Shown here piece after piece: positions 34,929 to 46,137 of a DNA stretch of 64,000 bases. The stretch is from contig JAGAJB010000008.1 of NCBI GenBank assembly GCA_017626295.1, positions 48,565 through 112,564 of the forward strand, given 5' to 3'. How positions within the stretch are numbered: position 1 is the first letter of the stretch; each line of letters opens with the position of its first letter. Both the position numbers and the translations under genes were made by a program. This DNA comes from Clostridia bacterium. Lineage in GTDB: Bacteria > Bacillota > Clostridia > Oscillospirales > Acutalibacteraceae. The notes below the pieces were generated by a model that saw only the letters and a program-made list of their open reading frames with translations, was not told where the DNA came from and ran no database searches.

Positions 34929-36245
34929 TTACTTCCTGTCAAAGACGGCAATGAAAAAACCGTCACAGTTATTTTTATGCATCATCAACGTTAAATAGTC
35001 ACCCTCGTCAACTGTACGCTCTATATGAGGTAACGCTTTCACAGATGTAAACTCAGGATGTTCTTTTAAAAAGGCATCGCAGATTTTTCTGTTTTCGTTA
35101 GGGTTAACAGAGCAGGTAGAATAAACTAATCTGCCGCCCTTTTTTACATATTTTGATGCAGTTTCAAGGATTTTTCGCTGAATAGGTAAAAGTTCTTTTA
35201 TATCGTCAAGTTTTTTATATTTGATTTCGGGTTTTTTGCTTATGATTCCCATACCCGAACAAGGCACATCACAGAGAACGCGGTCTGCCTCGGGGAAATT
35301 TTCATTAAACTGAGAAGCGTCGTTCACAAATGTTTTAATACAATCAAGGCCTAATCTCACTGCGCCTTCTTTTATTAAATCAGTTCTTGATTCATAAATA
35401 TCACAGGAATAAAGAACGCCTTTGTTGTTCATATACTCTGCAGCAGTAAAACTTTTACCGCCGGGGGCAGCACACACATCTATCATTGTGCAGTTTTCAA
35501 AGGGCGCGAGGGCTTCTATACACAACTGAGAAGATATGTCTTCTACATGAAAAAGACCTTTTTTATAAGATTCCAATTCGTAAACTGCTTTATTTACATT
35601 TATTTGAAAGGCGTTAGGAACAGAAGTTTCGCTTACTCCTACCCCCTCTTTTTCGAGAAGAGATTTAAGTTCTTCGGGTGTAGTTTTTACAGTATTAACA
35701 CGAATTATAATCTTTTTGGGTTGTAGTGCCGCCTTAAGAAACTCCTCTGCATTACTTTCGCCGTAATGATAAGAAAGAAATTTTACAAGTTCTTCGGGTG
35801 CAGAGTACAGAACAGACATTCTTTTTACATTGTCCGTATCTTCGGGAATTGTAAAGCCGTCATTGGCTACCTTTCGCAACACCGCATTTACAAGACCTGT
35901 TGCAAAACCGCATTTATTATTTTTAGCGAGTTTAACACTTTCATTGACCGCGGCAGAAGCAGGAATCTTATCAGAGAAAACAAGTTGATATGTACCAAGG
36001 CGCAATATTACAAGAACCTCTTTTTTTAGTTTAGAAATAGGTTGTGAAAGACATCCGGAAATAATGTAATCAATGGTAATTTTTCGCTCTGTAACGCCGT
36101 AGACAAGTCGCGAAATAAAAGCGCAATCAGTGCTGTCGGGGCAAAAAGCCTTAACAGCACTGTCAATTGCAAGGTTAGAATAAGCCTTATCCTTTTCAAT
36201 TTTCAAAAGAATTTCAAACGCAATTTGTCTTGCAGGTTTACTCAT
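34929..36245 (-). CDS. rsmB: 16S rRNA (cytosine967-C5)-methyltransferase
   Basis: N-terminal NusB-like domain, DVCAAPGGK SAM motif, DVPCSG and YSTCS catalytic Cys motifs. Confidence 0.9.
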   Translation of the reverse strand: MSKPARQIAFEILLKIEKDKAYSNLAIDSAVKAFCPDSTDCAFISRLVYGVTERKITIDYIISGCLSQPISKLKKEVLVILRLGTYQLVFSDKIPASAAVNESVKLAKNNKCGFATGLVNAVLRKVANDGFTIPEDTDNVKRMSVLYSAPEELVKFLSYHYGESNAEEFLKAALQPKKIIIRVNTVKTTPEELKSLLEKEGVGVSETSVPNAFQINVNKAVYELESYKKGLFHVEDISSQLCIEALAPFENCTMIDVCAAPGGKSFTAAEYMNNKGVLYSCDIYESRTDLIKEGAVRLGLDCIKTFVNDASQFNENFPEADRVLCDVPCSGMGIISKKPEIKYKKLDDIKELLPIQRKILETASKYVKKGGRLVYSTCSVNPNENRKICDAFLKEHPEFTSVKALPHIERTVDEGDYLTLMMHKNNCDGFFIAVFDRK

Positions 36246-36937
36246 TAACGTCTTCTCCCTGTAAATCTGAATATAAGGCGTAAAAGTTGCGCCAAACTTA
36301 CCGCAAGCGCCGCAACATAAGTCATAGCAGCCGCTTTCAAAACTTTTTCTGCGCCCATTTTTTCCTCAAAAGAAAGCAAACCGTTTGACTCAATAACGTT
36401 TATTGCACGGTTACTTGCATTAAACTCAACAGGAAGTGTAACAAACTGAAAAACTGCAGTAAAGGCAAAAAATCCTATACCAATCCAAACAAGAGGTTCA
36501 AAACTGAAAATAACGCCCGCTATAAGCAAGGGGATTGAAAGAGATGAACCAATGTTACACACAGGTAAAATTGAGTTGCGTATTCTTATGGGTGCATAGT
36601 TTTCTGCGTGTTGTGCAGCGTGACCCGCTTCGTGACAGGCAATACCCACAGCCGCTATTGAAGAACTGTTAAATACACCGTCGGAAAGTCTTATTACTTT
36701 CTGTGTGGGGTCGTAATGGTCTGTCATTGTGCCGTTTGTGGGTACAATATTAACATCGGAAATACCGTAATAATTAAGCACCATATGTGCCGCCTGCGCA
36801 CCTGTTATACGGCGTGCATTACCTACTTTTGAAAATTTTGCATAAGTTGATTTCAACTTAAACTGAATAACCAAAGAAAAAATAATGGCAGGTATTACAA
36901 AAATTATATAGTAATAATCAAAAAATAAATAAGGCAT
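36245..36937 (-). CDS. zinc metallopeptidase, YugP family
   Basis: Membrane protein with the HEAGHAAQH zinc motif. Confidence 0.75.
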   Translation of the reverse strand: MPYLFFDYYYIIFVIPAIIFSLVIQFKLKSTYAKFSKVGNARRITGAQAAHMVLNYYGISDVNIVPTNGTMTDHYDPTQKVIRLSDGVFNSSSIAAVGIACHEAGHAAQHAENYAPIRIRNSILPVCNIGSSLSIPLLIAGVIFSFEPLVWIGIGFFAFTAVFQFVTLPVEFNASNRAINVIESNGLLSFEEKMGAEKVLKAAAMTYVAALAVSLAQLLRLIFRFTGRRR

Positions 36938-37024
36938 AAATTTCTCTCCAAATTCACTGTTTTTTATTATTCTATACCATATTGTTTAAAAAATGAGCAA
37001 TTCTGTGTAAACAAACTTTTAACA

Positions 37025-37954
37025 TCAGCCGAGTATTGTTCCTTCTTTAACAGGATGACCTCGGAAGAAATCTGCGGCTTTCATACGTTTTTTGCCTTCG
37101 TACTGAACCTCGTTTACAAATACCGCTTTTCCGTCACCGCAGAATACAGCAAGTCCGTTTTTAAGAACTTTCATTTCACCGGGTTTGCCGTTGCCGTCAA
37201 TTCCTTTAATTTCGGAACGGAAAAGTTTAAGGTTTTTGCTCTCTAAGACAGTCTGTGCAACAGGCCACGGGTCAAGTCCGCGGATTTGATTATGAACTTC
37301 CTGTGCTGTTTTAGACCAATCGACAGGCGACATTGTTTTATCGAGCATTGAAGCATAGGTGCTTTGGGAATCGTCCTGTTTTACAGGCTCAATCTCCCCT
37401 TTTTCAATTGCTTCAAGTGTCTTAATCAATAAATCTGCACCCATAACGGCAAGTCTGTCGAAAAGTTCACCGGAAGTTTCGTTTTCACCGATTTTTGTTT
37501 TTTCAACTAAAAGCATATCGCCTGTATCAAGACCTACATCCATCTGCATAGACGTAACACCTGCATATTCTTCACCGTCAAGGACACATCTTTGAATAGG
37601 TGCAGCACCGCGATATTTAGGCAAAATGGAACCGTGGATATTTATACAACCGTATTTGGGGAATTCAAGAAAATCTTTGGGAAGAATTTTACCGTATGCC
37701 ACTACTACGGCAATGTCGGGTTTTAATTCTTTAAGTATTTTTACACCCTCACCATTTTTTAAAGTATCGGGCTGAAAAACAGGAATGCCTGCCTCTTGTG
37801 CCACAACCTTTACAGGTGGCGGTGTAAGTACGGCTTTTCTGCCAACGGGTTTATCGGGTTGTGTAAACACACCCGCAACATCGTAGCCCTTTTCTATAAG
37901 TGATTTCAAAGGATTCACCGCAAAATCGGGTGTTCCCATATAAACTATCTTCAT
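37025..37954 (-). CDS. fmt: methionyl-tRNA formyltransferase
   Basis: MKIVYMGTPDFAV, NIHGSILPKYRGAAPI. Confidence 0.95.
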   Translation of the reverse strand: MKIVYMGTPDFAVNPLKSLIEKGYDVAGVFTQPDKPVGRKAVLTPPPVKVVAQEAGIPVFQPDTLKNGEGVKILKELKPDIAVVVAYGKILPKDFLEFPKYGCINIHGSILPKYRGAAPIQRCVLDGEEYAGVTSMQMDVGLDTGDMLLVEKTKIGENETSGELFDRLAVMGADLLIKTLEAIEKGEIEPVKQDDSQSTYASMLDKTMSPVDWSKTAQEVHNQIRGLDPWPVAQTVLESKNLKLFRSEIKGIDGNGKPGEMKVLKNGLAVFCGDGKAVFVNEVQYEGKKRMKAADFFRGHPVKEGTILG

Positions 37955-37972
37955 ATTTCTCTCCGAAAAATA

Positions 37973-38467
37973 TTATTCATTTTCAGTTCTGTAAAGGCAT
38001 TCGCCTTCGTCAAGTTTATCTTTATACAAAATACCGTCAAGATGGTCAAGTTCGTGGCAGAAGCAACGTGCTTTCAAGCCTTCGCCTTTATAAAGGCACC
38101 ATTTTCCCTCGCGGTTTTGTGCTTTTACTTTTACAACCATAGGTCTTGTTACAACACCGCAAAGACCCGGAAGTGAAAGGCAACCCTCATTACCTGTCTG
38201 AGAACCCTCAACACTTGTTATTTCGGGGTTTATAAGTTCAAGATAGTCACTTCTGTCCTCGCTGACATCCATAACAACAACTCTTCTTAAAACACCAACC
38301 TGAGGCGCCGCAAGACCTACGCCACCTGATTTATAAAGTGTTTCTTTCATATCGTCAAGTAAATCAAAAAGACGGTCATTGAATTCTGTTACCTGTCTTG
38401 AAGTTTTTCTGAGAATAGGGTCATCGTCTACCCTTATATTTCTTATAGCCATTGTTTTCTCCTTCAT
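37973..38467 (-). CDS. def: peptide deformylase
   Basis: GVGLAAPQ, EGCLS and HELDH motifs. The start is either the ATG overlapping the priA stop (38467) or the ATG at 38452 (MAIRNI). Confidence 0.95.
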   Translation of the reverse strand: MKEKTMAIRNIRVDDDPILRKTSRQVTEFNDRLFDLLDDMKETLYKSGGVGLAAPQVGVLRRVVVMDVSEDRSDYLELINPEITSVEGSQTGNEGCLSLPGLCGVVTRPMVVKVKAQNREGKWCLYKGEGLKARCFCHELDHLDGILYKDKLDEGECLYRTENE

Positions 38468-40917
38468 ATTAACGGATTGATGTCTACAACTGCGGTTGCA
38501 CCGCCGTTCTGAGCATTTTTCATATACTGCACAAGTAAATTTGACATCATTTCGCGGAAACGCTTGTTGTTTTTACACTTAATTGTAAGAACGTTCCTGT
38601 ATTTATTACTTATTTTATTAACTCTCGGCTGAATAGGGCCGAGAACATTTATTTTAACATCGGAATAATCTCCCGTAACTGCGTTTTTCAACATTTCAAA
38701 AAATGTTTTTGCGCTTATTAAGGATTTATTGTACTGTTCGCTGGAAAACGTTATTGAACATATATCGCAGAAAGGAGGATAAACCATACTTTTTCTTATA
38801 AGACTTTCGGTTTTATAAAAAGACTCGTAGTCCTGTGCCGCTGAAAGTTCAATAATATCATTATCGGGAAGCACGGTCTGAATATAGGCTTTACCTTTAT
38901 AATCGCCCCTACCCGATCTTCCGATGACCTGGGTAAGCAAATCGAAAGCCTTTTCACTGCTTCTGAAATCATCGTTATAAAGTTGTTGGTCAATAGATAT
39001 TATTCCTACCAGAGTTACGTGGGGAAAATCAAGACCTTTTGCAACCATCTGTGTGCCCAAAAGTATGTCATACTCACCTTTGGCAAAGGCAGTAAGTTTA
39101 TCCTGATAAGAATAGCGCGCCATAGTAGTATCTGCATCCATTCGCAAAATACGGGCGTTGGGAAAAATATCCGATAATTCTTCTTCAATACGCTGAGTAC
39201 CGAAACCCGAATATGTAACAGCCTTTTCATTACATTCGGGACAGACATCAGTATAATTTTGAGAATAACCGCAGTAATGGCACATAAGACGCCTGTTTGC
39301 ACTATGGTATGTAAGTGAAATACTGCAATTGGGGCAACTTAAAACGGTCTTACAGGCACTGCAAGAGGCAAAAGTATTGAAACCTCTCCTGTTCATAAGA
39401 AGAATAGCCTGATGTTTATTTTCAAGACATTCCTCCAAAGCGTTATAAAGTTCGTTACTTATTGCGCCTTTGGTTTGCGAAATATCAACTGTAACAACTT
39501 CGGGTAAAACGGCTTTACCGTAACGCTCGTGAAGTTTTACGAAACCGTATCTGCCGTTCATTGCATTGGTGTACGTTTCAATTGACGGTGTGGCAGAAGC
39601 AAGTACAAGCAAAGAATTGTGATAAGCACATCTGAACCTTGCCACATCCTTCGCGTGATAGCGAGGTGACATTTCGGATTTATACGTGTGTTCCTGCTCC
39701 TCATCCATAACGATAAGACCTAAATCGGAAAAAGGTGCAAAAACAGCGGAACGAGTACCGATAGCAATTTTAGCATCTCCGTTTTTTACACGTTTCCACT
39801 CGTCTATTCTTTCACCTGCGGAGAGTGCGCTGTGAAAAACTGCAACTTTATCACCGAAATGGGAGTAAAAAATACCGAGTGTCTGCGGGGTTAAGGCAAT
39901 TTCGGGTACCATTACAATAACGCCTTTGCCGTCGGCAACAACATCTTCAATAAGTTTAAGGAAAACCTGTGTTTTACCGCTTCCCGTAACACCGTAAAGA
40001 AGCGAAGCAGAACCTTTCCCGCTTTTATACTTGGATAAAAGTTCTTCATATGCCTCATTCTGAACTTTTGTAAGTTCAGGTGAAATCGCCTTTTTATCGC
40101 TCACTTCATAACGGGGTTTTCTGTAAATTTCGCTGTCGAAAAGTTCTACAACACCCTTTTTTTCAAGTGCCGTAACAACTGCGGGCGTTACGCCTGTAAA
40201 ATAACATACTTCTTTTACGGAAGCGCCGCCTATATCAATAAGAAGTTTAGTAACACTCTTTTGCTTTGCAGTAAGAGTATTTAAAAGTTCTTCCGCATCC
40301 GCTTCGGGAATGGCAAGACGAACGTTTTTTACGGTTAAATCCCCTGTTTTGCGTTTTGCATCAACATTGGTTACCAGAATATCTTGTTTTACAAGTTTTT
40401 CTAATATTTTTGAGTCTGCACTAAGACCTAAATCAGTAAGTATTTTTTCCTGTTTAACATATTTACAACCGTCTTTCAGATAGTTATAAACACGTTTTTC
40501 ATCATCAGAAAGTTTATTAAGCCTTGATTCTTCAACGGTATTCGCCATATAGGAAATAACGTAGTTGAGACCTATACCGGCGGGAAGCATTGCTCTTGCG
40601 GCTTCAAAAAGCGTGCAGAAAGTGTTCTCCTTGAGCCAAGTAACGAGTTTTAACATTTCATCAGTAAAAAGCGGTGTTTCGTCAAGCACCGCTGATATTG
40701 ATTTAAGTTTTACGTTACTGTCAGCCTCAAGAAGCGGCTTCACAGACAGTATAAGTCCCTGTTTTTTTCGATTACCGTTACCGAAGGGTACCATTACCCT
40801 ACACCCTGCAAGAGCAGTTTCTTCAAGTTCGTAGGGTATTTTATATGAGTACGGTGCATCAAAATGATACACCAGACCTTCTACGGCTACCAAGGCAAAA
40901 TAAGTGCTTTCACCCAT
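38464..40917 (-). CDS. priA: primosomal replication restart helicase PriA
   Basis: 817 aa with Walker A GVTGSGKT, DEEQE box and a Cys-rich zinc-binding insert (CSACKTVLSCPNC...CHYCGY...CPEC). Confidence 0.95.
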   Translation of the reverse strand: MGESTYFALVAVEGLVYHFDAPYSYKIPYELEETALAGCRVMVPFGNGNRKKQGLILSVKPLLEADSNVKLKSISAVLDETPLFTDEMLKLVTWLKENTFCTLFEAARAMLPAGIGLNYVISYMANTVEESRLNKLSDDEKRVYNYLKDGCKYVKQEKILTDLGLSADSKILEKLVKQDILVTNVDAKRKTGDLTVKNVRLAIPEADAEELLNTLTAKQKSVTKLLIDIGGASVKEVCYFTGVTPAVVTALEKKGVVELFDSEIYRKPRYEVSDKKAISPELTKVQNEAYEELLSKYKSGKGSASLLYGVTGSGKTQVFLKLIEDVVADGKGVIVMVPEIALTPQTLGIFYSHFGDKVAVFHSALSAGERIDEWKRVKNGDAKIAIGTRSAVFAPFSDLGLIVMDEEQEHTYKSEMSPRYHAKDVARFRCAYHNSLLVLASATPSIETYTNAMNGRYGFVKLHERYGKAVLPEVVTVDISQTKGAISNELYNALEECLENKHQAILLMNRRGFNTFASCSACKTVLSCPNCSISLTYHSANRRLMCHYCGYSQNYTDVCPECNEKAVTYSGFGTQRIEEELSDIFPNARILRMDADTTMARYSYQDKLTAFAKGEYDILLGTQMVAKGLDFPHVTLVGIISIDQQLYNDDFRSSEKAFDLLTQVIGRSGRGDYKGKAYIQTVLPDNDIIELSAAQDYESFYKTESLIRKSMVYPPFCDICSITFSSEQYNKSLISAKTFFEMLKNAVTGDYSDVKINVLGPIQPRVNKISNKYRNVLTIKCKNNKRFREMMSNLLVQYMKNAQNGGATAVVDINPLI

Positions 40918-40919
40918 AA

Positions 40920-41129
40920 TCAGATATTTGCGATTTCTTCGGGTTCAATAATTCTGTATTTATCTTCGAGGAGATCGTTAAGCGCGAGGCTAACGGGTTT
41001 CTCTGTTGTGATATTTTTATCCTCAAGATTTTTTTTTGAGATTTCACGTGCGCGCTTTGCTGTTGCAGTAACAAGAGAATAGCGGCTGATGTGACCTGTA
41101 AGTACTTTGCTGAGATCCTGATTAAGCAT
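40920..41129 (-). CDS. rpoZ: DNA-directed RNA polymerase subunit omega
   Basis: 69 aa: SRYSLVTATAKRAREI. It lies between gmk and priA. Confidence 0.85.
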   Translation of the reverse strand: MLNQDLSKVLTGHISRYSLVTATAKRAREISKKNLEDKNITTEKPVSLALNDLLEDKYRIIEPEEIANI

Positions 41130-41132
41130 AAT

Positions 41133-41789
41133 TTATTTTCCTTTCGGTTTTAAAATTCGATTCATATTGTCAACAAGCGTTTTCATACGGATGTAACGTG
41201 AAGATTCTGCATTAAGTATTGCACAAATTCTGTCGGCACATTCGCTGACGCTGTCGTTAATAACTATGTAGTCGTATTCGCTCGCTCTTAAAAGTTCATT
41301 ACGGGCGATGTTAAAACGGCGGTTGAAAGATTCTTCCGTTTCTGTTCCGCGTCCTTTAAGACGGTTTGCAAGTTCTTCCATTGAGGGCGGAACAATAAAT
41401 ACGGACACAACTTCGGGAAAAACCTTGCGGATATTCCCTGCACCCTCAACTTCTATTTTAAGAAAAACGTTTGAACCTTCGTCAATAAGGTCTTCTACTT
41501 TTTTCTTGGGAGTTCCGTAGTAATTCTCTCCGTATTTGACGTATTCGAGGAAATAACCTTCTTCAATATTCTTTTCAAAAGTGGGAACATCAGTAAAATA
41601 ATAATCCTTGCCGTCAACTTCGCCGTCACGCATATCGCGTGTTGTAACTGAAATTGACTGTATTAAATTTATATCGCGTTTTTTCAATTCGGCAAGAACC
41701 GTATCTTTACCGCAACCGGACGGGCCGGAAAGCACAACAAGAAGTCCTTTATTCTTCAAAGCCAAATTCACGTCCTCCCTTTTGGTCAT
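41133..41789 (-). CDS. gmk: guanylate kinase
   Basis: [12 protein letters not shown]-loop, [17 protein letters not shown]. The annotated start overlaps remA by about 40 nt, so the true start may be an internal GTG/TTG. Confidence 0.9.
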   Translation of the reverse strand: MTKREDVNLALKNKGLLVVLSGPSGCGKDTVLAELKKRDINLIQSISVTTRDMRDGEVDGKDYYFTDVPTFEKNIEEGYFLEYVKYGENYYGTPKKKVEDLIDEGSNVFLKIEVEGAGNIRKVFPEVVSVFIVPPSMEELANRLKGRGTETEESFNRRFNIARNELLRASEYDYIVINDSVSECADRICAILNAESSRYIRMKTLVDNMNRILKPKGK

Positions 41790-42015
41790 TAAATCTTACA
41801 AGAAGTTGCTCGGCAGTAAGAAAGGACAAAACAACATTATCGCTGTCTGTAATAATTACGCCTTTTGTTTTTCTGCCGTGAGTCGCATCAATAAGTTGCG
41901 CTCTTTCGCGGCACTCCTGTATCATTCGTTTTGCGGGTGCAGAGTCGGGGCTGATAACCGCAACAACTCTGTCGGCATTTATAAGGTTGCCGAAACCTAT
42001 GTTTATAAGTTTCAT
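41749..42015 (-). CDS. remA: RemA/DUF370 family regulator
   Basis: [34 protein letters not shown] is highly characteristic of RemA (YlzA). Confidence 0.85.
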   Translation of the reverse strand: MKLINIGFGNLINADRVVAVISPDSAPAKRMIQECRERAQLIDATHGRKTKGVIITDSDNVVLSFLTAEQLLVRFNDQKGGREFGFEE

Positions 42016-42017
42016 AA

Positions 42018-42896
42018 TTATTCGATATTCTGAATCTGCTCTCTGATTTTTTCTACTTCTGCTTTAATGTCAATTACTCTGCGTGCAATGTCAACATCCT
42101 GTGCTTTTGAACCGATGGTGTTTGCTTCGCGATTAATCTCCTGAACAAGAAAGTCAAGTTTTCTGCCCACTGCTTCACTTGACTGAAGCATTGTGCGAAG
42201 TTGATCAATATGACTTCTCAGTCTTACCGTTTCCTCTGCAACGGCAACCTTGTCCGCATAAATTGCGGCTTCAGTGAGAATTCTTGCTTCATCAATCTGT
42301 GTATCACCCAAGACGTTACGCATTCTTTCAAGCAATTTTTCAGAATACTGTTTAACAGTTTCGGGTGAACGCTCTTCAATATATGAAACATTTTCGAGAA
42401 TTAACTCACCTCTTGAAAGGACATCCTTTGAAAGTTTTGCACCCTCGGTTTCACGCATTGCAATAAATCCGTTAAGAGCCTCTTTTATAACAGGCTCCAC
42501 TTTTTTCCAAAGGGCATCTTCGTCAACAGGTGCTTTGGTAATTGAAAGCACATCTGAAAAACGGGCAAGTGAAAGTGCAGTCAAATCATCCTTAAGATTA
42601 AAAGTTTCTGCAATACTGCCGATAGCATCTACGTAACCTCTTGCAAGTGGTTCGTTTACAGAAACAACAACACTTTCGTCTGCAGTTGCTTCAATCTGAA
42701 CGGAACACTCAACTTTACCGCGGGAAATCCCCGTAGAAAGCGTTGACTTAATTTTTTCCTCAAGGAACGAATAAGTACGCGGGATTTTAGCGTAAAACTC
42801 AAAATAACGGTGATTTACGCTGCGAATTTCAACAGTTATATTATAACCCTCAACAGAAGCCTGCGCTCTGCCGAAGCCTGTCATACTTCTTATCAT
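42018..42896 (-). CDS. yicC: YicC/YloC family endoribonuclease-like protein
   Basis: [12 protein letters not shown]-terminus and a DUF1732-like C-terminus ([14 protein letters not shown]). Confidence 0.85.
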   Translation of the reverse strand: MIRSMTGFGRAQASVEGYNITVEIRSVNHRYFEFYAKIPRTYSFLEEKIKSTLSTGISRGKVECSVQIEATADESVVVSVNEPLARGYVDAIGSIAETFNLKDDLTALSLARFSDVLSITKAPVDEDALWKKVEPVIKEALNGFIAMRETEGAKLSKDVLSRGELILENVSYIEERSPETVKQYSEKLLERMRNVLGDTQIDEARILTEAAIYADKVAVAEETVRLRSHIDQLRTMLQSSEAVGRKLDFLVQEINREANTIGSKAQDVDIARRVIDIKAEVEKIREQIQNIE

Positions 42897-42981
42897 TTAA
42901 AACGCCTCTGAAAAAATAATTTATTCTTTATTATACTAAACATATAACTTATTGTCAATTTTTAATAACAATATATTACTG

Positions 42982-43701
42982 TTATTGTGACTGCAAACGG
43001 TGAACTTCATCTTCTGTAAGTTCACGCCAATTGCCGACTCTGAGCATACCCAACTTAACAGAGCCCACAGCGTTTCTTTTAAGTCTTATAACTTCAAGAC
43101 TTACCTGTTCACACATTTTTCTTATCTGCCTGTTTCTGCCCTCAAAAATCGTGATTTCAAATACACTTCTTCCTGCACTTTTTTCTATAATACGTACATT
43201 TGCAGGTAAAGTTTCTCTGCCGTCACCGTCAATATCAACACCGTTTTCAAGTTTTTCAATCTGCGCATCGTTAATATTAGAACGGACTGTAACACGGTAT
43301 GTTTTGGGTACGTGCTTTCTGGGGTGCATTACTGCATTTGCAAACTCACCGTCATTAGTAAGCAACAAAAGGCCCTCTGAATCTCTATCAAGTCTTCCTA
43401 CGGGATAAACTGCCGCGCCCACATCTTCAACAAGTTCTGCAACACATTTTCTGCCTAACTCGTCACTCATTGTTGTAACATATCCTCTGGGTTTATTAAG
43501 CATTATATAATACTTCTGTTTAACCGCAGTAACCTTTTTACCGCTGACTGTAACGGTATCTTTTTTAGGGTCTACTTTATCGCCTATTTGTGCGATTTTT
43601 CCGTTAACTTTAACTTTGCCCTGTTTAATAAGTTCCTCAGCTTTTCTGCGTGAAGCAACGGAACATTCCGATAAATATTTTTGTAATCTTTCCTGTGCCA
43701 T
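42982..43701 (-). CDS. rluB: pseudouridine synthase, RsuA/RluB family
   Basis: N-terminal S4 domain and catalytic GRLDRDSEGLLLLTNDG. Confidence 0.85.
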   Translation of the reverse strand: MAQERLQKYLSECSVASRRKAEELIKQGKVKVNGKIAQIGDKVDPKKDTVTVSGKKVTAVKQKYYIMLNKPRGYVTTMSDELGRKCVAELVEDVGAAVYPVGRLDRDSEGLLLLTNDGEFANAVMHPRKHVPKTYRVTVRSNINDAQIEKLENGVDIDGDGRETLPANVRIIEKSAGRSVFEITIFEGRNRQIRKMCEQVSLEVIRLKRNAVGSVKLGMLRVGNWRELTEDEVHRLQSQ

Positions 43702-43716
43702 AATTCACGTCTGTCT

Positions 43717-44859
43717 CTACGACAGTCCTTCTTTAATTTTATTTATAAATTTTTGAAAAACGGTTACATTTTGAAATTCATCAAAATCAGCCTTTGCCGT
43801 TTCGGCACTGACAAGATATGATGAAGTTATAACTTTACCGTCTTTATTTTTAAGTTCTACCCACCCTACATAGTCGCCTTCGTTTACCCCTGCATAAAGA
43901 AACGGTTTCACGTAAACAACGGTTTCATAATCTTTAAAATCTTTTGTAGAAGCAAACGAAAGGGGTGAAGATAGTTTTACGCTAACTTGTTTTTTCTGAG
44001 AACCTACCACGGAAACTTTAATTCCGGCAGCATCAAAATCCGCTGTTTTTATTTCAAGTATACCGAACGCATATTCCATCATTTTCACGTGGTCATTCCA
44101 ATCGTCGCGGGCATTAAGCGTTACTGCAACAAGGGTAACTCCGTCACGCTCTGCAGCGGTAATAAGACAACGCCCCGAGGCTTTTGTAAAGCCTGTTTTT
44201 ATACCCAATGCGCCATCATAGATACTCAGAAATTTATTATGATTATAAAACGTGCGTTGGTACTGAGGTGTGCCGTAAGTAGCCTTATAACTTCGTGTAG
44301 AACAAAGTTCTCTGAACTTTTGGTTTTTTATTGTCTCACTTGCGAGAAGAGCCATATCATAAGCGGTTGAATAATGTCCCTCTTCCGTCAATCCCGACGG
44401 ATTTTTAAAATTGGTAGAGAGCATTCCCAACTCTTTTGCTTTTTTATTCATAAGTTGTGAAAATTTCTCTTTACTGCCGCCTATCATGGTAGCAGTAACG
44501 TTTGCGGCATCATTTCCGCTTTCAAGGAGCATACCTGCCACTAAAGTTTCGAGAGAAACTTCATCGCCCTCTTTAAGACCTATGGAAGTTCCCTCAACCG
44601 TTACATCGGAAAGTTTTGCTTTTACGGTATCGGTAAGGTTTCCGTATTCCAATGCCACAAGAGAGGTCATAATCTTAGTAGTGCTCGCCATTCCCCTTTT
44701 TTCGTAAGGGTTCTTCGAATACAGTATTTCCCCCGTATCAGCATTTAAAACAACGGCAGACTCCGCTGAAACAGAGATTTCCGAAGCATTGCTGTAAACA
44801 GGCAAAAACCATATTACAATAAAAAACGACAAAACAACACACAACAGTTTTTTTAGCAA
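43717..44859 (-). CDS. D-alanyl-D-alanine carboxypeptidase (DacB/DacF-like, sporulation-type context)
   Basis: Signal peptide, SxxK (ASTTKIM), SxN (ESGNDAA) and KTG (IKTGFT). It is adjacent to ytfJ/ytfI-like sporulation genes. Confidence 0.85.
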   Translation of the reverse strand: MLKKLLCVVLSFFIVIWFLPVYSNASEISVSAESAVVLNADTGEILYSKNPYEKRGMASTTKIMTSLVALEYGNLTDTVKAKLSDVTVEGTSIGLKEGDEVSLETLVAGMLLESGNDAANVTATMIGGSKEKFSQLMNKKAKELGMLSTNFKNPSGLTEEGHYSTAYDMALLASETIKNQKFRELCSTRSYKATYGTPQYQRTFYNHNKFLSIYDGALGIKTGFTKASGRCLITAAERDGVTLVAVTLNARDDWNDHVKMMEYAFGILEIKTADFDAAGIKVSVVGSQKKQVSVKLSSPLSFASTKDFKDYETVVYVKPFLYAGVNEGDYVGWVELKNKDGKVITSSYLVSAETAKADFDEFQNVTVFQKFINKIKEGLS

Positions 44860-44915
44860 AACTAACCACCTGCTTTCAAAAAATAATATGCAGGTGGTTA
44901 GGGTGAAATGAGAAA

Positions 44916-45320
44916 TTATTCTGCTGTTACTTCAGCGGTTTCTTCTGTTTCGGTGTTTTTCTTTTTTGTAAGGTTTACAACCTTATCGAACATTTCAGGA
45001 ACCAAACTTACTGCTCTTTCAACAGCGTTGTCGTTAGTAACGATATGCTTGATTGTAACTTCGCCGTCCTTAACAACAAGGAAAGCAACAGGGTTAATTG
45101 TAATACCTGCGCCACCTGCACCGCCAAAGAGTTCAACATTGTTCTTTGAGGGGAAGTCGGAACCGCCCGAAGCAAAACCGTAAGTTACCTTTGAAATGGG
45201 TATGATTGTAAGACCGTCGGGAAGATTAATGGGTTCGCCGATAATTGTACTTACATCAACGAGATCTCTTACCTTTTCAATTGTTGTTGAAAGAATTCCG
45301 TTTGCTGATTTTTCTTTCAT
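44916..45320 (-). CDS. ytfJ: sporulation protein YtfJ (GerW family)
   Basis: 134 aa: TIIPISKVTYGFASGGSDF...GGAGGAGITINPVAFLVV is typical of YtfJ. Confidence 0.8.
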   Translation of the reverse strand: MKEKSANGILSTTIEKVRDLVDVSTIIGEPINLPDGLTIIPISKVTYGFASGGSDFPSKNNVELFGGAGGAGITINPVAFLVVKDGEVTIKHIVTNDNAVERAVSLVPEMFDKVVNLTKKKNTETEETAEVTAE

Positions 45321-45365
45321 GAGGAAGCACCATCCTTATTTATATTTGTTTTATTTTCTGTATCA

Positions 45366-46112
45366 TCAGCCGTTTGCCGAGGAAGTTTCAAGAATTTCTT
45401 CGGCAGCGGTTTTTACCGCTTTACTTTTGTCGCTTTTCTTTTTAGCGAAAAGAATTTTAAATAACACCTTAAACAGCAGTTGGAATGCGAGAACCACAAC
45501 GCCGTTGGTTATATGTATAGGTGTTACGTGAAGTTTTATATAAGCACTTGCTTTTGATTTTGTTGCAAGAAAATCAGGGCTTATATCAAAGTCATATTTT
45601 TTAACTTTACTTGTGGAAACAAGTTTGCCGAGCATCGGGAAAAGCCACGCACAAAGTTTGCCGTGCTTAATAGCGGTATCTGCGGCATCTCCACCGGCAG
45701 TTATCATTGTGATGTAAAGTTCATCAAACACTACCGTTTTATAAAGTTTGCCAAAGAAACCGCCCAAAGAATTTCCTACTGCTCTGAGCATTTTCTCAAG
45801 ACCGTCATACCCTTGATCAAGATAAAGTTGTTTAATTAAACTGTTGCCTTTTTTCTTCTCTTTCGGTTTCTTCTCCGATTCCTGAGAAGCACCCTCTTCT
45901 GCCGGTTTTTCTTCTTTCGGCTTTTTCTCTTTTTTATTTTTAGGTTTCTTTTCCTTGGGTGGTTTGGAAGTATCCACAACCGGTATTTTTATAAAGAGAT
46001 ATTTAAGAGTAACAACCGTTTCTTCGCCATAATCTATTATAACAGAAAAACGGATAGAAAAAAGGATGACGAAAAACAATATAATTCCTGCTAAAGTAAT
46101 TAAAACAGGCAT
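45366..46112 (-). CDS. DUF2953 (YtfI-like) sporulation membrane protein
   Basis: N-terminal TM and a Lys/Glu/Pro-rich low-complexity linker. It lies upstream of ytfJ, as in Bacilli and Clostridia. Confidence 0.6.
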   Translation of the reverse strand: MPVLITLAGIILFFVILFSIRFSVIIDYGEETVVTLKYLFIKIPVVDTSKPPKEKKPKNKKEKKPKEEKPAEEGASQESEKKPKEKKKGNSLIKQLYLDQGYDGLEKMLRAVGNSLGGFFGKLYKTVVFDELYITMITAGGDAADTAIKHGKLCAWLFPMLGKLVSTSKVKKYDFDISPDFLATKSKASAYIKLHVTPIHITNGVVVLAFQLLFKVLFKILFAKKKSDKSKAVKTAAEEILETSSANG

Positions 46113-46137
46113 TTAATCACCCCTATATACTTGCGAC